A DNA stretch of 60,586 nt, taken from Clostridia bacterium (GTDB lineage: Bacteria > Bacillota > Clostridia > UMGS1883). The position numbers and the translations under genes were made by a program. Below are positions 44,851 through 53,749 of the stretch, piece by piece (the stretch's first letter is position 1; each line of letters starts with the position of its first letter). The stretch covers positions 1 to 60,586 of the forward strand of contig JAZQAB010000105.1 of assembly GCA_045545055.1 (NCBI GenBank), in the 5' to 3' direction. The notes beneath the pieces were generated by a model that saw only the letters and a list, made by a program, of their open reading frames with translations, had not been told where the DNA came from and ran no database searches.

Positions 44851-45975
44851 ATGACGGATTGGGTTAATTCAACATGGGATAAAATAGATAAAAAAATGCA
44901 GAAAGTATCGGTAAGAAGCCGTAACAAAATCCCTTATACAACAGATGAAAATAATGTTCATATTGACAAGAGTCAGGAATATATCGGTTGGTGGACAAAC
45001 GGCTTTTGGGGAGCGTTAAACTGGCTTCTGTATGCTGATACTAAAAATGAAGTGTACAAAACTACTGCCTTGAGTGCTGAAAAAATAATGGATGCAGGTT
45101 TTCATTCCATTGAAAGACTCCATCATGATGTAGGATTTATGTGGCATATCAGTAGTGGGGTTAACTGGCGACTCAATCAGGACGAAGAATCAAAAAAACG
45201 TGCACTTTATGCTGCGTATATACTTGCTTCGAGATTTAATGTGCGAGGCGATTATATAACCTGTTGGCCCGGCAAAGAAAAGCAGGGCTGGACGATAATA
45301 GACAGTATGATGAATATTCCGCTTTTGTATTGGGCGTCTGATTACATCGGAGATGACCGATTCAGAGCTGTTGCAATAAAGCATGCAAATACCGTTATGC
45401 GTGACCATATCAGAGACGATGGAAGTGTTGTGCATATTGTTGTTCATGATGTTGAATCAGATAAAGTTTTGGAAACTCTCCGAGGACAAGGATATGAAGT
45501 AGGCTCTACATGGTCAAGAGGTGCAGCGTGGGCACTGTATGGGTTTGTATTGTCTTATATCCATACGGGAAAACGTGAATACCTTGATACCGCTAAGAAA
45601 GTTGCACATTACTTTATCTCGTGTGTAAGTTCATCGGGATATCTGGCAAAGGTTGATTTCAGGCAACCTAATGAACCGATGCTATATGATTCGACTGCAG
45701 GCTGCTGTGCGGCATGCGGACTTATTGAGCTTGCGAAGTGTGTGGGTGAAAATGAAAAAGAAATTTATCTTAAACCCGCATATGAGATATTGAAGGCAAC
45801 AGATGAAAAGTTTTGTAACTATGATGAGAATTGCGATTATCTGGTGGGCTTTGGAACCGACAGATATCCTCATATTCCTGAAAACTCTCTGGTACATAAG
45901 CCTATAATTTACGGAGATTTCTTCTTTGTTGAAGCTCTCTATAAACTTCGCGGTAATGAGCTGTTATTCTGGTAA
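44851..45975 (+). CDS. GH88 unsaturated glucuronyl hydrolase, cytoplasmic (paralogue of 17081..18214)
   Basis: Seen: the ATG at 44851 lies 8 nt after GGAGAGGAG; the track start at 44812 is a TTG. Known: GH88 blocks WWTNGFWGALNWLLY, HHDVGFMW, IIDSMMNIPLLYW, TWSRGAAWALYGF and DSTAGCCAACGLIEL. Confidence 0.9.
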   Translation: MTDWVNSTWDKIDKKMQKVSVRSRNKIPYTTDENNVHIDKSQEYIGWWTNGFWGALNWLLYADTKNEVYKTTALSAEKIMDAGFHSIERLHHDVGFMWHISSGVNWRLNQDEESKKRALYAAYILASRFNVRGDYITCWPGKEKQGWTIIDSMMNIPLLYWASDYIGDDRFRAVAIKHANTVMRDHIRDDGSVVHIVVHDVESDKVLETLRGQGYEVGSTWSRGAAWALYGFVLSYIHTGKREYLDTAKKVAHYFISCVSSSGYLAKVDFRQPNEPMLYDSTAGCCAACGLIELAKCVGENEKEIYLKPAYEILKATDEKFCNYDENCDYLVGFGTDRYPHIPENSLVHKPIIYGDFFFVEALYKLRGNELLFW

Positions 45976-45992
45976 TACTTTTTGCGATATAT

Positions 45993-46031
45993 AAAATAAT
46001 GGCTGGCTCATTTCGAGTCAGCCATTATTTT
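45993..46031 (+). terminator. Hairpin terminator after the cassette 2 GH88 gene
   Basis: Seen: AAAATAATGGCTG (45993-46005) pairs with CAGCCATTATTTT (46019-46031). The stem extends inward by 4 more pairs. It starts 18 nt after the stop. Confidence 0.55.
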
Positions 46032-46128
46032 AACAAGACAAATATAGACATAACAACAGCAATATCATTCATTGTTTTAGTATGTGTATATGTTATACTT
46101 TTAATAGTATATGATGGGAGGTTTGTAT

Positions 46129-48732
46129 ATGCTTAAAAAAATGATTTGTTTATTCATAGTAACTGTATTAGTTTTTAGTTGCTTTGGTATCAGCTACAGT
46201 AATAATTATACCGAAGGTCCGGTTATATATGACTACAGCGAAAGGAGTATAACCGAGGAAGCTGTTGACTATCTGGTTATGTTGAATCTTCTTGAAACTG
46301 TAGATACTGAAAAAGTAATTACCAGAGGACAAGCTATAAGTCTTGTGATGCACTCCCTTGTGCTTGACGATGGAATGAATTCTGAGGAGCATATAGCTCA
46401 ATCAGCTTACTCCCAGGGACTGATTTCCGGGGACAATTCTGCCGACCGGAGATTAAATGACAGTATAACCTTGGAAGAAAGTGCAAAATTGATGGTTCTT
46501 GCACTTGGCTATCCCATTGAAGAAAAAACAGGCGAGCTTTGGTCAAGCGAATATTTGATGTATGCAAGTAAGCTTAAATTACTTGATGGTATACACAAAA
46601 CTCGCACGGATGAATTGACGTGGGGAGATTTTGCTATTCTGCTTTCACACACAATGAAATCTCTTGTTGTTGAGTCTACAAACTTTTCAACAATAAAGCC
46701 CGATGATGAATTTCAAATTACATATGAAAAATCAGAAAGTGATACGCTTGAACAACATTATCTTGAGAAAAAAGAGTGGTTTTTAAAAACAGGCATTGTT
46801 GAGGCTGACCATTATTCAACGATGGTTTACGAAGGTGAATTTAAAAAGAACATAATCCGAATTGATGGTATTGAATTCTCCGTTGAAAGTGATGAGTTTT
46901 ATGGGTATGTGGGAAATAAAGTAGAGTATGTTTTCTCGGAAGAAGCTGCCGAAACCGGCAGAAAAATAATCGGTATGAAAGCTTGCACTTCCAATACGAC
47001 TTATGAATTTAAACCCGGATATGATATATCGTTTAGGGATAATTCTCTCTTTTATACAACGAATAATTCGAAAGAAAAAAGACTTTCTGCAAACGGAGCA
47101 GTGTATTTATATAACAACGAGCTTCTTATTTCTTATGATATCAGCGGTATTGATTTGAAATTTTGCCAAGTTACGGCAATTGAAAATAATAATGACAATA
47201 ACCTTGATGTGATTTATATTACTGAGTCGGAAAGTATGTTTGTTGACTATGTAAAGGACAATAAAATCTATTTAAAAGACGGAACTGTAAACTCAAAGAG
47301 TGTTATAAACATAGAAGAATTTGAAGACCACTGTTTGATAATTAATGATTTATACGCAAATAAAGTTCTTCCTGAAGACATCACGGAGAAAAGTCCGGTT
47401 TCAATAATTGCATCAAAGAGCATGAATTATCTCAAAATCATTTTGCTTAATTCGGAATTTACAGGCTCAATTCAAACAATAGATAGCGAGGAAAACATTA
47501 TTTCAATTGACGGAAATGAGTACAAGGTAAAAGACAACGTTGCAGATTTAAAATTCGGTATTATTTATAAAATATGGACTGATAATAATGGTTTCATATT
47601 TCATATGAAAGAAAGCAAGGAAGCGTTTGCATATTTAGTGGCGAAAGCTCCGGGAAACGGATTATCTAAAGATATTCAAATAAAACTGTATGTTCCGGGA
47701 AGCGGAATGACTGTGTTTGAAGTTGAAAACAGAGTTAAAATTAATGATATGTCTTACAGTGATAATCAATCAGTACTCAGAGCAATACCAACTGATGAAT
47801 TAGTAAGGTACTCAATTAATAGTAAAGGGAAAATAAACAAGCTTGAAACCTTAGAAAAATATGGTGAAAATGCATCGAGAATATACAGAAGTCAGGTGAA
47901 AGGCTTCAACGATATTGATAATAATGCAAGTGTTCCTTTCCGATTTGACGATGATACGGCATTCTTTTATGTACCGCTCAACGGTGATGATGAAGAGTTT
48001 GGAAAGCTGTTAAAGCTTGAAAACGGAACAGAGTATATGACTCAGGCGTATGAATACGATGTCGAAGATAAGTTTGTAGATGCTGTTGTAATAACGATTG
48101 ATACAGAGCAATGGGATAATGTGAGATTGGATTCCGATTCGGATGTTGCCATTATAGACAGAGTATATTGCACTCGTTTTGACAATGATGAATTCGGGTA
48201 TGTGGTAAAAGGTTTCTGCGATGGTGAGGCTTTTGAATACTACAGTGCTGAAGACAGCGGTGCAAGTAATGTACTGTCCTCTTTAAAGCAGGGGGATGTT
48301 GTTAGATTTGAAACAGACTATAACGAAGAAATCGTTAAAATGGAGGTTATTGCACGGCTTTCACAAACAAATGATTTCTACCACGATGGGGCAGATACTG
48401 TTGATGAGCAGTTCTTCGGACCGGTAATAATGCTTGATAAGAATACTCTGACAAATTATTCCAAATATCTGTTCCATGAAATGAGTGTCAGCACAAGCTT
48501 AAGCTACGATCATCTTGTTAATATGAGAATTTATGCCGATTTGGACAATCCTTACGATTCAGACGCAGAATTTTCTGCCTACTATTATTATGACAGGGAG
48601 AATAAAGAAGTAAGACTGGCGTCAATTGATGATATTGTTCCTTACAGCAGTGCAGGCGAAGGGGCAACAAGAGTATTTGTTCAGAGGTCTAAATCTAATG
48701 TACAGTGTATAGTTATTGTTGATAACGACTGA
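46129..48732 (+). CDS. 867-aa surface protein with degenerate N-terminal SLH-like repeats and an uncharacterised body; paralogue of 14446..17079
   Basis: Seen: the ATG at 46129 lies 7 nt after GGGAGG, with signal peptide MLKKMICLFIVTVLVFSCFGISYS. SLH-like segments: ITRGQAISLVMHSL; AQSAYSQGLISGDNSADRRLNDSITLEESAKLMVLALG; YLMYASKLKLLDGI...LTWGDFAILLSHTM. Landmarks in the body are shared with the 877-aa protein. Confidence 0.75.
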   Translation: MLKKMICLFIVTVLVFSCFGISYSNNYTEGPVIYDYSERSITEEAVDYLVMLNLLETVDTEKVITRGQAISLVMHSLVLDDGMNSEEHIAQSAYSQGLISGDNSADRRLNDSITLEESAKLMVLALGYPIEEKTGELWSSEYLMYASKLKLLDGIHKTRTDELTWGDFAILLSHTMKSLVVESTNFSTIKPDDEFQITYEKSESDTLEQHYLEKKEWFLKTGIVEADHYSTMVYEGEFKKNIIRIDGIEFSVESDEFYGYVGNKVEYVFSEEAAETGRKIIGMKACTSNTTYEFKPGYDISFRDNSLFYTTNNSKEKRLSANGAVYLYNNELLISYDISGIDLKFCQVTAIENNNDNNLDVIYITESESMFVDYVKDNKIYLKDGTVNSKSVINIEEFEDHCLIINDLYANKVLPEDITEKSPVSIIASKSMNYLKIILLNSEFTGSIQTIDSEENIISIDGNEYKVKDNVADLKFGIIYKIWTDNNGFIFHMKESKEAFAYLVAKAPGNGLSKDIQIKLYVPGSGMTVFEVENRVKINDMSYSDNQSVLRAIPTDELVRYSINSKGKINKLETLEKYGENASRIYRSQVKGFNDIDNNASVPFRFDDDTAFFYVPLNGDDEEFGKLLKLENGTEYMTQAYEYDVEDKFVDAVVITIDTEQWDNVRLDSDSDVAIIDRVYCTRFDNDEFGYVVKGFCDGEAFEYYSAEDSGASNVLSSLKQGDVVRFETDYNEEIVKMEVIARLSQTNDFYHDGADTVDEQFFGPVIMLDKNTLTNYSKYLFHEMSVSTSLSYDHLVNMRIYADLDNPYDSDAEFSAYYYYDRENKEVRLASIDDIVPYSSAGEGATRVFVQRSKSNVQCIVIVDND

Positions 48733-48775
48733 ATTTAGCTTGGGCAACAAATACGGGAAAAGGAGGGAACATTCA

Positions 48776-51700
48776 ATGAAAAGATTTATTTGTGTAATTT
48801 TATCAGTAACTCTCGTTTTTTCAGTCCTGACAGCTTTTGAATTTGCAAGTGCTGCAAAAAAGTACGAAGCTCCGCAGATTCTGCCTGAAGGAGACACATA
48901 TATTATGAAATCTGCTCCGGAGTCAAATTTTTCACAGGAGACAGATATGGCTCTTAACAGTGCAGCGGCAACAGACGGTATCGGACTGATGAAGTTTGAT
49001 ATAAGCGGATACAAGGAGCATATAAAATATGCCTCCAAAATAACACTGACACTGACAATGAACTCCAACGCAGGAGAAGAAGGCGGAAGCAACAGAATAG
49101 GCGTGTACCCATTGTCGGGAAATCACAAAAATATTGACATTGATACCATTACATATACTGCTGCAAAAGATATAGTTGAAAACGATATCAGTCTTGTCGA
49201 ATTTGCAGGCAATGAACAGGGGTTTAAAGACGACATATATAAATTTAAAACTTTGCATATTGATATTACGCAATACTGCAAAGATGTTGAAGATGACTAT
49301 GCAGTTTTTATGCTTAAATCTTTGTCGGGTAAGTATAATGTTTTTTCAGCTGATGCCGTTCATGTTGGTTATATTCCTTATATAGAAATTGAAAGTGATT
49401 ACACAACAGAGCAAAACAGAATTTATAATGCAGTGCAGGAAATTAATAAATACTATGACAATGCCTGTTTCAGTGATAGTGTCAGCATTCCCGCTATTGA
49501 AGATTGCACCGTAGTGATGGAAAGTAAAAGTCCTGAAATTGCAGATGATGACGGAACTATATATGAAAGACCGCAACAGGCAGAAAATGACACAACCGTA
49601 AATTATATATTAAGCGTCACAAGTGATATTTATAATACTATAACAGAGGAAACAGAGATTTCTGTCAGAATATTAAGAGATGGGGCATACAGTGCAGCTG
49701 CTCCTGAAAACATCAATTCACCGATTTTTGAATTTAGCAGGATTACGCAGCCTGATTCTTCGGAAAAACTCTTGCTGAAGTTTGACGGTGAAGGGCTTAC
49801 CGATGGTAATCAATATGTTATTTCAGACGATGAAGGAAATTTCGAAAGCACATTTATTTATGATTTTACAAAACCTGATATGCTTTTTGATGTGACAGAA
49901 GCATGGAAGGAAAATATCTTCTTCAAAATAACAGACAACGAAGGAAATAATGTCAGAATTAAATCTCCTGTCATTTATTGTCTGTCACAGGAAAATGCTG
50001 AAGGCATATTGGGGGTTTATAATCATTTTGAAAGTTTGAAAACTGTAAAGGAAAATCTTGTTTTACCTCAGCAGTCAAGTGGGTTCTCGGTTGTATGGAA
50101 TTCCGAAGACAGAAACGTTATTACAAACAGCGGTGAAGTAATACGTGGTGAAAATGACCAAAAGGTAAACTTGTATGCCGCACTTTCAAATACAGAATGT
50201 AAATTCAATCTGACCTTTTGTGCCAATGTCATAAGAGAATATCCGGATGTGCCTGATAATGAGTATCCCGAGCTCAAGGACCCTATGTATATGGCGGACG
50301 AAACCTTGTTCGGTAAATACAATCATACAGATTCCATATGGGATATTGAACCAATCTTAAGATACGACTTGTTTGACGGCTTAAATGCAGTCGAAGAAGC
50401 GGCAAAAGACGGAGACTACATAACTGCAAAAGAGCTTCTGTTGACATATTACAGAAATAAAAATCCCGAAGAGATGTTGGTTTATCAGCCGAAAACCACC
50501 TATACCTTATCTGCAACGGCACTTATTGACCACATCTTCAGTGTGGAAAGCAGCGATGCTTTGGTTGGAGAGGGCAGTGTAGGAAGTGAGTGGGACTGGT
50601 ATGACATAGACCTGAGCGGCTACAGCAAAAATCTCTATGGAACATACTGGATTTTGGATGCGGATATGGATGGGTCAAGCCTTGAAATATACAGCAAGGA
50701 GAATTCCGAAAATAAAAAGCCATATCTGCAAGTAACGGTCGGGGATGAAATCAGAAAATACGAAGTAGTTGCAGATACTTATATATCTGCAGGGGAAAAC
50801 AGCAATACAAATTATGGTAGTGAACCTATGCTTTACAGCAGGGAAGAAGCCGGAGATGAAAAAACTCCTTTCGGAAGTGATACCAAAAGACCATACTTCA
50901 GGTTTGACTTACCCTCATCACTGATCGCGGCAGATAGCGTGAAATTAGTTTTCTACGGAAGAAATAACGGTGAAGGCTCAAAGAAAGTTTATGCTTTCAC
51001 TTCAAATGATTTAAGAGCACTTGATGAAAACAGTGCAACGTGGAATCACCATTCGCCCAGAGCTTTCAATTTTACACAAACAGGATTTCTTTGGCTGGAC
51101 CAGCCGGAATTGAACGAGAACTGGAATTCTGATTTTGAATGGATTAATGCATCAGGTCGTTTAGACCAGGCTGAAACGCTGCTTCGTGCATATCTTTCAA
51201 ATAACAATAAGAAATATCTGTATCGTGCTCTGGAGCTTACTATGTCAATGTACGAGCAGCAGCCGTCATTCGGATATCCAAGACCGCTTGATTCTGCGTG
51301 GCGTACGGAAAATCTTATAAAGATATTGTATACAGCGATAAATGAAGAATTGATGACACCGGAGCTTTTTACCGCAATTTTTAAATACATGTCCGGTCAT
51401 ACGGGACTAAGAAATATTACATTAAGCTCCACCAATCAGGATAATGCGGTAAAGGTTAACTTTGCGAGAATATGTGCATATTTCCCCGAAATCGCAGAAG
51501 ACGGATGGTGGGAACTGGCAAAAAATAATCTCAGTCAATTCTATTCCTCCAAGCTCCTGAACGAAGATGGAAGCTATACCGAATCCACAAGCAACTACAT
51601 TGGCGGTGTAATTGAAGAAACTCAGAGTGCCGCTGAAATGGTGGGTATCCGTGACGGAAAGGATGATGAATTTTATCTTTCCCTTCTCGATACTTATAAA

Positions 51701-53749
51701 AAACTATTGGAATACTATATGGCTTTAGGCTATTCGGACGGTAATGTAGGACCGTGGGGTGATGGGAGCAGATACAATCTTAAATCAGCCCTGGAAGAGC
51801 GTAACAAGCTGATTAATGACCCGTATATTGAATTTTTCGCCACAAGCGGGAAAAAGGGTACAGAACCAAAGTCAGCGTCAAGACTTTATCCTGCGAAAGC
51901 GATATGTATGATGAGAAGCGGATGGCATGATTCTGATTTGTGTGCGTTTATCAACAGCGATTCAGGAGGCGGTCACGGTCATTACGACGACCTGTCATTG
52001 GACGTGTATGCCTACGGAAAGTATTTGCTTGTAGACGGAGGAAAGTCCGACTACAGTACAACAACGGAATTTGGTGCAAATAGGCATCGTACTCTTTACC
52101 ACAATACAATTCAGATTGATGATAAAAACCAGAATTATCAGACTAAGAATGAGCCAGGTCATATGGAACTTAAATCAAATAAGTTTTTTGATTTTGTTCA
52201 CGCAGGTGCAACAAAGGCATATGACGGATTTGATATGAACAGAAAAGTCCTTCTTCTTAAAAATAAATATATAATCGTTTCAGATTATATATTTGCTCCC
52301 GAGGGAACGCATACGTATAAGCAGCTGTGGCATCCCGACTACAATCATTCGCTTCAGCTTAATAATATAACAGGCACTGCATATACAAACGATAATGTAG
52401 GCGCCAATATCAAAATTGTTCAGGCGGATATGGAAAACACACGGGCTGAAATTTTTGAAAGCTTAATGTATAGAACAGATGTGGGTGAGACAGAGTCACG
52501 TGCCGTTTCTTATGTTCGTGAAAATGCTTCGGGAAATCAGACCTTTAACACTGTTTTGTATCCGCAGGCAGAGGGAACAAATACAGAGGTAAGTGCATCG
52601 ATGATTAATCTTGGTGTTGACAAAACAGTCGCAACGGCTATGAAGATAGAGCTGGATGATAATACAGGCTATTTTTATTCTTCAAACGAACAAACACCAT
52701 CTTCACGTAGCTTTGGAAGCTACACCTACAAAGGAGAAATGGCATACGTGGAGGAGGATATTGACGGAAAAATAACCTGCATGGGAATTGCCGGCGGAAA
52801 AACTCTTTCTAAAAACGGTAATGTTGTTTTTGAGACTGTTGCAGGTGAAACACTCAGTGATTTTTCCGTAAAATATGAAAGTACAAAAATCAAGCTGTAT
52901 TCGTCGGAGGAGCTTCCTGCATCAGGTGTAAAGGTGTTACATGACAAAGCAGGAAAAAAGGTTTTCTTCAACGATAAAGAGGTTGAAGCGACAGAAGAAA
53001 ACGGATACATAGTAACAAACGGGACTTTAAAAAGTGAAGGAACGGGCGGAAGCGGTAGCTTAGATGGCAGCAAGCCTGTTTTAGGTGGCGATAACTCCAA
53101 CGTAGGTGGCTCCGGAAGCGGTGGTGGAACAGGAACGGAAAAAGAGCCCGAAAAAGAGGAAGATACCGATTCAATCACAGAAAAGATAAGCTTTAAAGAT
53201 ACTGATGAGCATTGGGCTGAAAAAGAAATTTTATATCTTGCAGAAAAAGGAATTTTAAATGGATTTGAGGACAATAACTTCTATCCGGAAAAAAGGATAA
53301 CAAGGGCAGAATTTGTCAAAATCATAGCTCTCGCACTTGGTATAAAATCTGATAGTAGCAATGTAGCCTTTGAAGATGTTTCTTCCGATAAGTGGTATTA
53401 TCCTTATATATCAGCCTTGTATAATGCCGGACTGATAGGAGGTTATCCCGATAACACGTTCCGACCAGACGCAAATATTACAAGGGAAGAGATAACAAAA
53501 ATCCTATGCAGCTCTATAGAATATTCCGGAACAATGCTGACAGGTACATCGAATATAAGCTTTAATGATAATGATAATATCAGTCTGTGGGCGGAGGAAT
53601 ATGTTAAAAAAGCTTATGCTGCAGAATTACTGAAGGGCGATGATAAAAACAATTTCCGCCCTAAAGATAATGCAACAAGGGCAGAAGCGGCTACCGTAAT
53701 ATACCGCGTTCTTGATTTTGCCCGAAAGAAAGGAGAAAGCCATGATTAA
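48776..53749 (+). CDS. 1657-aa heparinase II/III-like (polysaccharide-lyase fold) protein with an N-terminal accessory extension and C-terminal 3x SLH anchor
   Basis: Seen: the ATG at 48776 lies 8 nt after AAGGAGGG, followed by a signal peptide. Known: heparinase II/III block GGGHGHYDDLSLDVYAYGKYLLVDGG...YHNTIQID, with an upstream helical region DGDYITAKELLLTYYRNKNP. A Gly/Ser linker precedes SLH repeats (FKDTDEHWAEKEILYLAEKGILNGFEDNNFYPEKRITRAEFVKIIALAL; FEDVSSDKWYYPYISALYNAGLIGGYPDNTFRPDANITREEITKIL; ISLWAEEYVKKAYAAELLKGDDKNNFRPKDNATRAEAATVIYRVL). Confidence 0.85.
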   Translation: MKRFICVILSVTLVFSVLTAFEFASAAKKYEAPQILPEGDTYIMKSAPESNFSQETDMALNSAAATDGIGLMKFDISGYKEHIKYASKITLTLTMNSNAGEEGGSNRIGVYPLSGNHKNIDIDTITYTAAKDIVENDISLVEFAGNEQGFKDDIYKFKTLHIDITQYCKDVEDDYAVFMLKSLSGKYNVFSADAVHVGYIPYIEIESDYTTEQNRIYNAVQEINKYYDNACFSDSVSIPAIEDCTVVMESKSPEIADDDGTIYERPQQAENDTTVNYILSVTSDIYNTITEETEISVRILRDGAYSAAAPENINSPIFEFSRITQPDSSEKLLLKFDGEGLTDGNQYVISDDEGNFESTFIYDFTKPDMLFDVTEAWKENIFFKITDNEGNNVRIKSPVIYCLSQENAEGILGVYNHFESLKTVKENLVLPQQSSGFSVVWNSEDRNVITNSGEVIRGENDQKVNLYAALSNTECKFNLTFCANVIREYPDVPDNEYPELKDPMYMADETLFGKYNHTDSIWDIEPILRYDLFDGLNAVEEAAKDGDYITAKELLLTYYRNKNPEEMLVYQPKTTYTLSATALIDHIFSVESSDALVGEGSVGSEWDWYDIDLSGYSKNLYGTYWILDADMDGSSLEIYSKENSENKKPYLQVTVGDEIRKYEVVADTYISAGENSNTNYGSEPMLYSREEAGDEKTPFGSDTKRPYFRFDLPSSLIAADSVKLVFYGRNNGEGSKKVYAFTSNDLRALDENSATWNHHSPRAFNFTQTGFLWLDQPELNENWNSDFEWINASGRLDQAETLLRAYLSNNNKKYLYRALELTMSMYEQQPSFGYPRPLDSAWRTENLIKILYTAINEELMTPELFTAIFKYMSGHTGLRNITLSSTNQDNAVKVNFARICAYFPEIAEDGWWELAKNNLSQFYSSKLLNEDGSYTESTSNYIGGVIEETQSAAEMVGIRDGKDDEFYLSLLDTYKKLLEYYMALGYSDGNVGPWGDGSRYNLKSALEERNKLINDPYIEFFATSGKKGTEPKSASRLYPAKAICMMRSGWHDSDLCAFINSDSGGGHGHYDDLSLDVYAYGKYLLVDGGKSDYSTTTEFGANRHRTLYHNTIQIDDKNQNYQTKNEPGHMELKSNKFFDFVHAGATKAYDGFDMNRKVLLLKNKYIIVSDYIFAPEGTHTYKQLWHPDYNHSLQLNNITGTAYTNDNVGANIKIVQADMENTRAEIFESLMYRTDVGETESRAVSYVRENASGNQTFNTVLYPQAEGTNTEVSASMINLGVDKTVATAMKIELDDNTGYFYSSNEQTPSSRSFGSYTYKGEMAYVEEDIDGKITCMGIAGGKTLSKNGNVVFETVAGETLSDFSVKYESTKIKLYSSEELPASGVKVLHDKAGKKVFFNDKEVEATEENGYIVTNGTLKSEGTGGSGSLDGSKPVLGGDNSNVGGSGSGGGTGTEKEPEKEEDTDSITEKISFKDTDEHWAEKEILYLAEKGILNGFEDNNFYPEKRITRAEFVKIIALALGIKSDSSNVAFEDVSSDKWYYPYISALYNAGLIGGYPDNTFRPDANITREEITKILCSSIEYSGTMLTGTSNISFNDNDNISLWAEEYVKKAYAAELLKGDDKNNFRPKDNATRAEAATVIYRVLDFARKKGESHD

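Noticed and set aside
44469-44927. 152-aa minus-strand ORF spanning the SBP/GH88 junction, and 48622..49092 (156 aa, minus) spanning the N-SLH/lyase junction.
   Set aside because: Both are antisense to well-supported plus-strand genes and their RBS regions. Neither has independent support.
4632-53741. Longer upstream starts given in the ORF track for several genes (4632, 25256, 28389, 31696, 38020, 40301, 43227, 44812, 46111, 48716, 53712).
   Set aside because: In each case an internal ATG is preceded by a GGAGG-type RBS at 6-9 nt and begins a sensible N-terminus (signal peptide, lipobox or conserved start). The extended start is often a TTG/GTG, lacks an RBS and overlaps the upstream gene.
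18233-53749. Considered calling the cassettes heparin/heparan-sulfate loci on the strength of the heparinase II/III label.
   Set aside because: The fold is shared by lyases for several polymers. No sulfatase or sulfatase-maturase gene is present in the window, so substrate assignment is left open.
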